A DNA stretch of 48,484 nucleotides from Botryllus schlosseri (taxonomy: Eukaryota), in NCBI GenBank assembly GCA_051294905.1, contig CM119372.1, positions 40,550,001-40,598,484 of the forward strand, read 5' to 3'. The notes under the pieces are model-generated. The model was not told where the DNA came from. It saw only the letters and a list, made by a program, of their open reading frames with translations, and searched no databases. Below are positions 29,150 through 40,704 of the stretch, in pieces; the first letter of the stretch is position 1; each line of letters begins with the position of its first letter. Both the position numbers and the translations under genes were made by a program.

Positions 29150-29620
29150 GGGTTAGGGTTAGGGTTAGGGTTAGGGTTAGGGTTAGCGTTAGGGTTAGGG
29201 TTAGGGTTAGGGTTAGGGTTAGGGTTAGGGTTAGGGTTAGGGTTAGGGTTAGGGTTAGGGTTAGGGTTAGGGTTAGGGTTAGGGTTAGGGTTAGGGTTAG
29301 GGTTAGGGTTAGGGTTAGGGTTAGGGTTAGGGTTAGGGTTAGGGTTAGGGTTAGGGTTAGGGTTAGGGTTAGGGTTAGGGTTAGGGTTAGGGTTAGGGTT
29401 AGGGTTAGGGTTAGGGTTAGGGTTAGGGTTAGGGTTAGGGTTAGGGTTAGGGTTAGGGTTAGGGTTAGGGTTAGGGTTAGGGTTAGGGTTAGGGTTAGGG
29501 TTAGGGTTAGGGTTAGGGTTAGGGTTAGGGTTAGGGTTAGGGTTAGGGTTAGGGTTAGGGTTAGGGTTAGGGTTAGGGTTAGGGTTAGGGTTAGGGTTAG
29601 GGTTAGGGTTAGGGTTAGGG
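29150..29620 (+). repeat. Internal (TTAGGG)n telomeric tract, ~78 repeats
   Basis: Pure TTAGGG run with one TTAGCG variant (C at 29187), in the same orientation as the terminal telomere. Confidence 0.99.
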
Positions 29621-29885
29621 ACTTTATTGGCGCCTTCATTTTGCGTTAAAACGTGTACGAGGTCTCATGATAATTCTCCGCCATCGTGAGCTGGTGGAGC
29701 CGCTCATGAATTTCGTACGGAGTGTAAGTGCGTCGCGCTCTCGACGTCGTGAAGGGGCCTTAGACGTATCATGATTGGCGCCACGATTTCGGAAGATTTA
29801 CCATTATTAATTCCGAAGCACGTTCAAACCTCTTTCCCCATGAATGACGATCAAAATAAAGAGTCAGAGAACAAAACTCTGTTTA

Positions 29886-32169
29886 TCAAGATTTATTATT
29901 GATTAGGAACGACTTGATCAATCTTAATTTTGAACGCATTTGTTGAAAAGTCAAATAGCATTCTGATTTATATTCGTGAACAATTTTGCTCAGTAGAGGT
30001 CCGCTGTCGTCATAAAATGCACGCAGGCGAACGTCTTTGATCAATTTCACGACTTGCTCGTTTGTCAAAGTGGTCTTGCTACCTCTCTGCCGGTTACATA
30101 TCGAGTCCGCCAGCTCCTCGACGTCATTACCTGCGCGTTTGAACGTGATCAGACATGCAATTCAGACGGTAATAGCAAATAGATTACCCTCATTTGTGAC
30201 GATCTTTGTGTCGCGGTCCGTAGCGATTAGAGGCTCCGAGCTAGATCCGTTTGAATGCATGTCATCGTCGGTGTCTAAAGTGGTGTCGTCCTTTCTTTCC
30301 GCCTCTGGTTGAACCGTGCTCGGGGCTGAAGTCGGTGTGACGATTTGTGTGTCCTGTTCCGTAGCGATTAAAGGCACTGAGGTAGCTGCGTTTGCTTGCA
30401 TATCATCCTCGTTGTGAAAATTTGTATCGTGCCTTGCTTGCGGATCTGGTTCAGCTGTAGTCGGGGTTGCGGTTGGTGATTCAAATGATCCTTAATTAAC
30501 AGTTGCGATCAGATGTATGACGTCGTAGTTTATTATGACTTTACATACCTTCATTCTGAGGAACGCTTGACGCGGCCAATTCCGAATATAGGTCGTCATG
30601 TGTACTTGACATGGCCATCCCGAGTAATTTCTTGCATAGAATCGCTCCGGCAGCCGCCCTCTTGGTTCTGCCTATTCCGTCATAGTGTCGACTCGCGATC
30701 TCTGTACTGTGGGACGAGGACATCGCGACATGATATTGTCCGATGTCGTCCAGCGAACTGGCCATCGTCGCGACTATTTTACGCAAATGCTGGTACGTGA
30801 GGCAGACTTCGTGGCGACCGAGATATTCCCCGACACAAACCGATAAATTTAGGAAGGGCTTGCCGTTGGAGTTCCGTAACGCTACTTCTTCTCGTGAAAA
30901 ATCCAAGTCTGGATTCGTTTGCTTGCAAATCTGAAATCGAAAAGAGGCTGGAGACCGCTCCATTACACGTTCACATCTTCGTAACACCTACCTGTTTGAA
31001 TCGTTCACAGTCTTGTCGACTCATTACTAACAAGCCCTGATTCGAAGGGCACTTGTTGTGGTCGACCTGTACGACTAACATTTCGGGATCGTTCACAGAA
31101 CGGACGGCGTGGCTAAGCTCGTATCCGGTCACTCTACGAAAATATGACAGTCTCGTGCCACTTTCAAGTCCAACCTGGATGATTGTCGCGGCCAAGCAAT
31201 CCCGCACGTTTTCGTTTGTTAACGGTTGATGGAGGTCTCTTTTAAACGTTTCGCTTTTGATCATTCTAGAAAAACACGCATATTAAACCTAAAACTTTAC
31301 GATATTTTAACCTTAGCACGAACCTTTTGATATTCGGCCAATTTTTATTGATGACGTCCATGTCGAAGGACAAACGTTTCTCGTGCTGCCGCTTTCTTCT
31401 TTTATTGGTCGCTCTAGAGTACGTCGCGATGATTTGTATGGCTCTCAGTTGTTTGTCCGGTGAAACCACTTTTTCCAACAATGCCGGATGGTGCATACGC
31501 GCAAATTCAAGAAATACCTTTAGCGACGTCAGGGTGTTGAAAATAGTGCTCGCGGACAGTGTCCCGTCGGCGTTAGAAATGTACGTGACTAATTCTTCCG
31601 GCTCGTCAACCACATACTTCTTGAACACTGATTTTAGTTTGCTGACGACCATTTTGGTGTTGGCTTCGTCGAGCGCTTGCACTTGGCGATGCCTTTCGTA
31701 CAGGGAGAGTAGCTGTAATAAACGGATCTGCATTATTTCGGTGAAAAGTGACACATTACCATCAGAGTTACTCACGCTTGAAAAGTCGGACTCGAAGGTC
31801 AACTTTTTAAAGTTTTCCTGGTAGGTCTCGCAACCTATCCCGAAGCCGTCGCGTATTTTATCGGAATGAATAATCCTCCAGTGGGTTGCTATATATGCCG
31901 TGGCTACTGATCTAGAGCAGAGACCACACCAAGACCGTGGACGACATTGCTTGGGATCGCGCAAGTAGCGAGCAGACCTGTGACACGTAATATTTATTTG
32001 CTTCTGGTTGTTATAAATAAGCCAACAACGATCTTACTCTTTAATTCTGTCCACGGACCACTTATGAACGTTACGAAGATGCCTCGTTCTATGACCTTTG
32101 GTTTGTATATGGCAAACTTGACACCTGTCGAGTCTGATTCTTTTCGTGGGTCGAATTGCAACGGGATCG
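29886..32169 (-). CDS. Spliced gene for a C2H2 zinc-finger + tyrosine recombinase (phage-integrase fold) protein, >=666 aa; start codon unresolved
   Basis: Exons 32169-32038, 31977-31312, 31265-30992, 30930-30549, 30490-30188 and 30130-29886 are joined in frame by GT-AG introns 32037-31978 (60 nt), 31311-31266 (46), 30991-30931 (61), 30548-30491 (58) and 30187-30131 (57). Zinc fingers: CQVC-x10-HLRNVH and CGLC-x11-HWRIIH. Core-binding-like segment: LSASTIFNTLTSLKVFLEF. Catalytic-type motifs: LESGTR (R), VVQVDHNK (K), TYQHLRKIVAT (R), VAMSSSHSTEIASRHY (H, Y). Confidence 0.85.
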
Positions 32170-32245
32170 CTACAATAGAAATATTAAAAATCGCGCCATG
32201 TTGAAGTTACCGGAGCAGAGAGAGTTATGGACCGAAAACCAACGA

Positions 32246-34630
32246 TTTTGGACTCGGTAAAAGCTATTTCGCCGAATCGCGCCACGCTTAAGCATAGGGA
32301 TTTCGAAATTAGAAGACATTTTCACTCACCCGACGACTTGAGATTCCATTATATGTTCTTGATGCACGGTAATCCACTCCAAACGTCCTTCTAACTCGAC
32401 AGTTCAATAGCATATGAGCGCGCGGCGAGAATTATCTGGAAAAAGATATTCCCGGGTCATTATTACGTCATAGATGGCCCGAAAATTTTTTTATCGAAAA
32501 TCGGTCTGGGGCCCGCCGAAACACGTTTTTTGACGATTTTTATGCATTTTGGGCGGTTGTTGACACTGTTTAAGGTCCTAAATCTCGCTGTGCAGGTAGC
32601 ATGCCAAGTCTACAAGACGCCTAAACCCGTTTTACGCGTAGCCGGCACGCACAACTACCAATATAGACGGTGCAGTACCCGCCGAAACGCTGTTTTGGAC
32701 AATTATTTTAATTTTGACCGACAATTGCGGAGCCGTCGTGCGGTTTGCGGCCCTAAATCTCGCTGTGCAGGTCGCGTGCCAAGTCTACAAGACGCCTAAA
32801 CCCGTTTTACGCGTAGCCGGCACGCACAACTACCAATATAGACGGTGCAGTACCCGCCGAAACGCTGTTTTGGACAATTATTTTAATTTTGACCGACAAT
32901 TGCGGAGCCGTCGTGCGGTTTGCGGCCCTAAATCTCGCTGTGCAGGTCGCGTGCCAAGTCTACAAGACGCCTAAACCCGTTTTACGCGTAGCCGGCACGC
33001 ACAACTACCAATATAGACGGTGCAGTACCCGCCGAAACGCTGTTTTGGACAATTATTTTAATTTTGACCGACAATTGCGGAGCCGTCGTGCGGTTTGCGG
33101 CCCTAAATCTCGCTGTGCAGGTCGCGTGCCAAGTCTACAAGACGCCTAAACCCGTTTTACGCGTAGCCGGCACGCACAACTACCAATATAGACGGTGCAG
33201 TACCCGCCGAAACGCTGTTTTGGACAATTATTTTAATTTTGACCGACAATTGCGGAGCCGTCGTGCGGTTTGCGGCCCTAAATCTCGCTGTGCAGGTCGC
33301 GTGCCAAGTCTACAAGACGCCTAAACCCGTTTTACGCCTAGCCGGCACGCACAACTACCAATATAGACGATGCAGTACCCGCCGAAACACGGTTTTGGAC
33401 TCGGTAAAAGCTATTTCGCCGAATCGCGCCACGCTAAAGTATGTGGATTTCACAACAAGAAGAAATTTTCACTCACCCGGTGACTTGAAATTCCAATAAA
33501 TGTTCCTGATGCACGGTAATCCTCTCACAACGTCCTCCCAACGCGACAGTTCAATAGCATATGAGCGCGCGGCGAGAATTATCTGGAAAAAGATATTCTC
33601 GGGTCATTATTACGTCATAGAGGGCCAGAAAATTTTTTTCTCGAAAATCGGTCTGGGGCCCGCCGAAACACGTTTTTTGACGATTTTTATGCCTTTTGGG
33701 CGGTTGTTGACACTCTTTGCGGCTCTAAATCTCGCTGTGGTTGTCGCGTGCCAAGTCTACAGGACGCCTCAACCCGTTTTACACGTAGCCGGCACGCACA
33801 ACTACCAATATAGACGATGCAGTACCCGCCGAAACGCTGTTTTGGACAATTATTTTAATTTTGACCGACAATTGCGGAGCGGCCGTGCTCTTTGCGGCTC
33901 TAAATCTCGCTGTGGTTGTCGCGTGCCAAGTCTACAAGACGCCTCAACCCGTTTTACGCGTAGCCGGCACGCACAACTACCAATATAGACGATGCAGTAC
34001 CCGCCGAAACACTGTTTTGGACAATTATTTTAATTTTGACCGACAATTGCGGAGCCGTCGTGCTCTTTGCGGCTTTAAATCTCGCTGTGGTTGTCGCGTG
34101 CCAAGTCTACAAGACGCCTCAACCCGTTTTACGCGTAGCCGGCACGCACAACTACCAATATAGACGGTGCAGTACCCGCCGAAACGCTGTTTTGGACAAT
34201 TATTTTAATTTTGACCGACAATTGCGGAGCCGTCGTGCGGTTTGCGGCCCTAAATCTCGCTGTGCAGGTCGCGTGCCAAGTCTACAAGACGCCTAAACCC
34301 GTTTTACGCCTAGCCGGCACGCACAACTACCAATATAGACGATGCAGTACCCGCCGAAACACGGTTTTGGACTCGGTAAAAGCTATTTCGCCGAATCGCG
34401 CCACGCTAAAGTATGTGGATTTCACAACAAGAAGAAATTTTCACTCACCCGGTGACTTGAAATTCCAATAAATGTTCCTGATGCACGGTAATCCTCTCAC
34501 AACGTCCTCCCAACGCGACAGTTCAATAGCATATGAGCGCGCGGCGAGAATTTTCTGAAAAAAGATATTCCCGGGTTATTATTACGTCATAGAGGGCCGG
34601 AAAATTTTTTTCCCGAAAATCGGTCTGGGC
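32246..34630. repeat. Composite tandem repeat: a ~300-bp block alternating with runs of 175-bp subrepeats (units of 1147 and 972 bp, plus a third block)
   Basis: The block TTTTGGACTCGGTAAAAGCTATTTCGCCGAATCGC starts at 32246, 33393 and 34365. The 175-bp period is visible in ORF repeats 32714/32889/33064/33239 and 33861/34036/34211. Confidence 0.95.
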
Positions 34631-34669
34631 CGATTTTTTTGAATTTTTTCGGGTTTTTGACCGACATTG

Positions 34670-35510
34670 CGGAGCCGTGACACTGTTTAAGGTCCCAAAT
34701 CTCGCTGTGGTTGTCTGGTGCAGGGCCTACAACAGGGACAGACCGCTTTTACGGGCCTCCGACAAGGACAGGGAGCGATATCGACGAAGCAGCACGCGCC
34801 GAAACACGGTTTTCGACCATTTTTGGAATTTTGCGCGACAATTACGGGGCCGTGACACTGTTTGAGGTCCTGAATTTCGCTGTGGTTGTCTGGTGCAGGG
34901 CCTACAACAGGGACAGACCGCTTTTACGGGTCTCCGACAAGGACAGGAAGCGATATCGACGAAGCAGCACGCGCCGAAACACGGTTTTCGACCATTTTTG
35001 GAATTTTGCGCGACAATTACGGGGCCGTGACACTGTTTGAGGTCCTGAATTTCGCTGTGGTTGTCTGGTGCAGGGCCTACAACAGGGACAGACCGCTTTT
35101 ACGGGCCTCCGACAAGGACAGGGAGCGATATCGACGAAGCAGCACGCGCCGAAACACGGTTTTCGACCATTTTTGGAATTTTGCGCGACAATTACGGGGC
35201 CGTGACACTGTTTGAGGTCCTGAATTTCGCTGTGGTTGTCTGGTGCAGGGCCTACAACAGGGACAGACCGCTTTTACGGGTCTCCGACAAGGACAGGAAG
35301 CGATATCGACGAAGCAGCACGCGCCGAAACACGGTTTTCGACCATTTTTGGAATTTTGCGCGACAATTACGGGGCCGTGACACTGTTTGAGGTCCTGAAT
35401 TTCGCTGTGGTTGTCTGGTGCAGGGCCTACAACAGGGACAGACCGCTTTTACGGGCCTCCGACAAGGACAGGGAGCGATATCGACGAAGCAGCACGCGCC
35501 GAAACACGGT
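34670..35510. repeat. Second, diverged 175-bp subrepeat family (~5 copies, alternating A/B variants)
   Basis: 175-bp period (34711/34886/35061/35236/35411). Variants GGGCCTCC..GGGAGCG and GGGTCTCC..GGAAGCG alternate. Shares TCGCTGTGGTTGTC and CGCCGAAACAC with the first 175-bp family. Confidence 0.95.
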
Positions 35511-35745
35511 TTTTCGCGATTTTTCCCAATTTTTTCGGGTTTTTGACCGGCGATTGCGGAGCAGTCACACTGATTCAGGGCCTGAATATCGCTGCGGTGG
35601 TCGGGTGCAGGGCTTACAAGACGCGGCAACCTCTCTTACTGGTCTCCCACACGTACAATATGGGGATTTCGGACTTGGTCGTTTCTCGCACTTCGTCCAT
35701 ACCTTAACATAGGGCCCATACCATAACACGGGCGGACCGCCTATA

Positions 35746-36625
35746 CTTGCTCGGATCGGTTCCAAACTTCGTGTGAGGGGTCTCATGGATGACTTTTTGC
35801 CGGCAAAAAAAATCAACTTTTGCCGAGGAAAATTTTGGACTTAGTCGTTTTTCGACCTCGCCCATACTTTAACATGGGGGCCTACGGTAGGTCGGCCGAA
35901 CTTGCTCGGATCGGTTCCAAACTTCGTGTGAGGGGTCTCGTGGATGACTTTTTGCCGGCAAAAAAAATCAACTTTTGCCGAGGAAAATTTTGGACTTAGT
36001 CGTTTTTCGACCTCGCCCATACTTTAACATGGGGGCCTACGGTAGGTCGGCCGAACTTGCTCGGATCGGTTCCAAACTTCGTGTGAGGGGTCTCGTGGAT
36101 GACTTTTGGCCGGCAAAAAAAATCAACTTTTGCCGAGGAAAATTTTGGACTTAGTCGTTTTTCGACCTCGCCCATACTTTAACATGGGGGCCTACGGTAG
36201 GTCGGCCGAACTTGCTCGGATCGGTTCCAAACTTCGTGTGAGGGGTCTCGTGGATGACTTTTTGCCGGCAAAAAAAATCAACTTTTGCCGAGGAAAATTT
36301 TGGACTTAGTCGTTTTTCGACCTCGCCCATACTTTAACATGGGGGCCTACGGTAGGTCGGCCGAACTTGCTCGGATCGGTTCCAAACTTCGTGTGAGGGG
36401 TCTCGTGGATGACTTTTGGCCGGCAAAAAAAATCAACTTTTGCCGAGGAAAATGTTGGACTTAGTCGTTTTTCGACCTCGCCCATACTTTAACATGGGGG
36501 CCTACGGTAGGTCGGCCGAACTTGCTCGGATCGGTTCCAAACTTCGTGTGAGGGGTCTCGTGGATGACTTTTGGCCGGCAAAAAAAATCAACTTTTGCCG
36601 AGGGAAATTTTGGACTTGGTCGTTT
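35746..36625. repeat. 155-bp tandem repeat (~5.7 copies)
   Basis: CTTGCTCGGATCGGTTCCAAACTTCGTGTGAGGGG starts at 35746, 35901, 36056, 36211, 36366 and 36521. Degenerate copies recur at ~38300-38560. Confidence 0.96.
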
Positions 36626-36629
36626 TTCC

Positions 36630-38280
36630 CGGGGGTTCGGACTTAGAAAAAATCCGAGTATTGTCGAAATTTTTTTTTCTCCGATTCCGATTTCCCGCAC
36701 ATCGGCGGACTCGTGGGAGCCCGTAGATCGCGAATACACCGTTTTCCGGGCGCTGGGAGGCCGTACGAGAAAGAAAAATTTTCACACTCGCTTTGGCATC
36801 AGGAGTCCATTTCGACTATCCGCGTAGCTCTAGGACGCACAGGAGCCGAGATACGAGTTTTTTGCGAATAGCTCGGCTCCTGTTCGGGCCAGACACACGC
36901 GGGACCCCTCGTTGGAAGCGGCGCAGCGAGACGAATCCGGGAAAAAAAAAAATTATCGAAATCGGACTTGCCGGAGCCGAGATATCTCCGGTTGAAGCGC
37001 GCCAAAATCGGACCTTTGACCGGCTCTGGAGGCCGAGCCGTTTGTCGGATCGGGATAATTCCTTTGCGGGGCGTCTTCAAACAGTGCGGGGAACGCGCCC
37101 GTGTGGTTTTCAGGCGAAAAAATTTTTTTTCGGACTTTAACTTTTTTATGATCTCGGCCCCGTGTTAAAGTATGGGGATTTCGGACTTGGAAAAAATCCG
37201 ACGAGGTCGAAAATTTTTTTTCTCCGATTTCGATTTCCAGCACACCGACGGACTCGTGGGAGCTCGTAGACCCCCGCTAGCCACTTTTCCGGTCGCCAGG
37301 AGGCCGCACGAGAAAGAAAAATTTTCACCCTTGCTTTGGCATCAGGAGTCCATTTCGACTATGCACGTAGCTCTAGGATGCACAGGAGCCGAGATACGAG
37401 TTTTTCGTGAATAGCTCGGCCCCTGTTCGGACCAGACCCACGCTGGACCCCTCGTTGGAAGCGGCGCAGCGAGACGAATCCGGGAAAAAAAAATTTTTGA
37501 AATCGGACACACCGGAGCCGAGATATCCCCGGTTAAAGCCCGCCGAAATCGGACCTTTGACCGGCTCTGGAGGCCGAGCCGTTTGTCGGATCGGGATAAT
37601 TCCTTTGCGGGGCGTCTTCAAACAGTGCGGGGAACGCGCCCGTGTGGTTTTCAGGCGAAAAAATTTTTTTTCGGACTTTAACTTTTTTATGATCTCGGCC
37701 CCGTGTTAAAGTATGGGGATTTCGGACTTGGAAAAAATCCGACGAGGTCGAAAATTTTTTTTCTCCGATTTCGATTTCCCGCACACCGACGGACTCGTGG
37801 GAGCTCGTAGACCCCCGCTAGCCACTTTTCCGGTCGCCAGGAGGCCGCACGAGAAAGAAAAATTTTCACCCTTGCTTTGGCATCAGGAGTCCATTTCGAC
37901 TATGCACGTAGCTCTAGGATGCACAGGAGCCGAGATACGAGTTTTTCGTGAATAGCTCGGCCCCTGTTTGGACCAGACCCACGCTGGACCCCTCGTTGGA
38001 AGCGGCGCAGCGAGACGAATCCGGGAAAAAAAAAATTTTCGAAATCGGACACACCGGAGCCGAGATATCCCCGGTTAAAGCCCGCCGAAATCGGACCTTT
38101 GACCGGCTCTGGAGGCCGAGCCGTTTGTCGGATCGGGATAATTCCTTTGCGGGGCGTCTTCAAACAGTGCGGGGAACGCGCCCGTGTGGTTTTTAGGTGA
38201 AAAATTTTTTTTCGGACTTTAACTTTTTCACGATCTCGGCCCCATGTTAAAGTATGGGGATTTCGGACTTGGAAAAAATC
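36630..38280. repeat. 541-bp tandem repeat (3 copies, the first more diverged)
   Basis: Identical ORF pairs 37146/37687 and 37172/37713; GCTTTGGCATCAGGAGTCCATTTCGACTAT occurs three times. Confidence 0.95.
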
Positions 38281-38734
38281 CGAGACCGAGTTGAGAGAAA
38301 GTTAAAGTCCGAGCGCCCATTCTTTAACATGGGAGCCTACGGTAGATCGGCTGGACTCGGTCCGATCGACTCCAAACTTCGTGTGCGGGGTCTTATGGAT
38401 GACTTTTGGCCGGCGAAAAAGATCGACTTTTTTCGAGGAAGATTTCGGACTTAGTCGTTTTTCGCACCTCGCCCATACCTTAACATAGGGCCCATACCTT
38501 GACACGGGCGGAACGCCTATAGTTGGTCGGATCGGCCCCAAACTTCGTGTGTGGGGTCCCGTGGGAGGCATTTTCGAAAAGTTTTTTTTTAATTATTTTT
38601 TATTTTTTCGGAAAAAAAAATTTATTTTCCGGGAAAAAAAATTTTCTTGGCCGGCGAAAATTTTCCGGCCCCCCGGCCCGGGTGCGACCCTGAAAAACGA
38701 CTAAGTAGAAAAAAGTCACCAGGGTTTCCGAAAA

Positions 38735-38756
38735 ATTACTAATATAGGAAGGGGCG
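38735..38756 (+). promoter_or_regulatory. Possible RNA polymerase I initiation-site-like motif (TTACTAATATAGGAAGGGG)
   Basis: Lies at the boundary between A/T-tract-rich spacer-like repeats and a GC-rich region containing rRNA fragments. Resembles the TATA(G)G-rich rDNA start motifs of plants and insects. Position and motif resemblance only. Confidence 0.3.
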
Positions 38757-40704
38757 CGCGCCCGGCGCCTGACGGGAGGCCGGGAGCGTAACGTTGAATC
38801 TGCCGGCGAGAGGGGCTGTCGGCGCGGCGGAATTGATCCGTCGTCACCGGTTGGAGCGAAAGCATATGGGGGTGCGAAGCCAGCACTAATCACGGGTCGG
38901 CGAACCTCGAGTCGCGGGTTTAAACGTTGCGTGTCGCCAATCGCTGCATAGAGCGAGCTTGCCCGGTATGCCGTAGACGGCGGGATATGGATGATAGTGA
39001 CCCTACACCTGTCATACAGCCATGAGGCATACCGGAGAGCGGACTCAATAAATGCTGCGCGGACGCGACGCGTTGTACTTCGGGCCTCGCGGCCCAGACC
39101 CTTCCTACGTAGCCTTGCGGCGTCGCCGAGGAGAGAATCCGGCGTCGAGAAGCCGGCAGACCGGTGTGTCGCACTCCGGCGAGCCGGCGGAGCTAAATTA
39201 TGAGCTGGGGCAGCAAAAATTCAGGCGTCGGTCGAGGGGGTAGGCCGGCGTCGCGCGAGTACGCGGCGTGGACGCGAAACGGCGGATACGCCTTTTAATC
39301 GAGAGCGTAAGTACCTACGCGGGCGCCGAGAACGGCGGCGCCGGTGTCGGAGGTAGCCGACACCCTGGTCCCCGCCCAGGGGCGGACCTCGCAGTGCGCG
39401 AGATATATCATTCAAGTGTCTACCCAAGGCATGGTAAGTGCCTTATGAACGTGCCCCGCCGCTAGAAGTGAAATTCGTCGTTCGGCGGTGGTACGAACAG
39501 TTGCGGGAACGCTCGCCAAGGGCGTTTTCATTAATCGAGAGCGAAGGTCGGTGCGTGGGCCGTAATCCCGCGCGTTGTCCAGATACGTTGCGGATGACGA
39601 TGAGACGACTCTTGACGGTGGATACTCTCCAACCGCGAATCGTGCGTGTGGAGGCCTTCGCGGGCCGCCCACGGTAAGGACAAACCTGAATGTTTGGGCG
39701 TCGGGTCGCAAGGCTCGTCGTTCTACGGTTTACGAGCGCTGTCGTCAATGCTCGGGGTCCGGGCCCTCGCCGTTTGTCGACCCGGTCGTCGCTATCGCGC
39801 CACCGTGCGCGGTACGCTCGGCCGGAGCGACTTTCGGCTTCTCGGGCGCGGCTCCGTGGCGATTGGCGGCGGTCAGAATCGAAGTGGCGAAGAGAGTTCA
39901 AATCCAGGCGGGACCGTCTTGAGGATAAACGATAAGGTCCTGTCGTCAGCTCGGGGTCGCTTTGTGTCGGGCGCGGGGGCGCGCTTCGGCGTCGGCGGGG
40001 CATCGCGCCCTGCCGCGTCGTTGCGCGCGAGTCGCACCGTCGAATGGGCTTCCCGGGGCGGGCCACGACCTGCTCGCGGTCGATGGTCTAGGTAAGGTTG
40101 TCGCGAAAGTTCGTCCGACTCCGGTTACGATTCGGGAACTGCGGTCCGTACGGCCCGTGAGTCCCGCGCTCTGCCGGAAGCGTCCGTTCGCCTCGCGACT
40201 CCTTGACCTCTCACGAGAACACGGACCTATGAACGATTATAGCGTGAACGCAAGTTGTCGGGCGAAACGAGAACCCGCAGCGATACTAGATGCCGCTCCT
40301 GCCGATTGCGGTCGGTCGGTCGGTGTTGTGAAAGAGCGTTTACGCTTGCCCGAAAGATGGTGGATAGGCGTCGCGGCCAGCCGCGCGCCTCTCGCGACGT
40401 GGCCTTCCTGGAGCCGATACATGCGATTGAGCGCCGACCGTCCGCGGAAGGCGTGCAGTTATCGAAAATGCTCCGGATAACCACGCGTAAACGGCAACTT
40501 GGGTGTTTCGTACACCGCTGCGACCGGATCAGGGTTCGATCCTAGAGAGGGAGCGCGAAATTGTGGATGGTGGTGCATAAATCGAAAGGCGCCTGTCAGG
40601 CGTCGCGTCGCCAAGCGCGTCGCATGGTGAAACCGAACGAGGTGTAAAATCATTTGTGAGCTGGGTGCACGTGACGAAAATCAGATATATGCAATTTAAG
40701 CGTG

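Noticed and set aside
29150..29620. Telomere-telomere fusion site
   Set aside because: A fusion would give head-to-head TTAGGG/CCCTAA tracts; both tracts here have the same orientation.
29079..29689. Poly-LT and poly-GL ORFs
   Set aside because: These are translations of (TTAGGG)n.
30037..32204. Plus-strand ORFs (30037, 30513, 30743, 31327, 31947)
   Set aside because: Antisense shadows of the minus-strand YR gene, which has the splice signals and motifs.
32570..36625. CRISPR-like array
   Set aside because: The units are full-length tandem copies without unique spacers, the context is eukaryotic and there are no cas genes.
32530..38571. Repeated ORFs in the 175/155/541-bp arrays
   Set aside because: They track the repeat periods, switch frames between copies and show no protein motifs.
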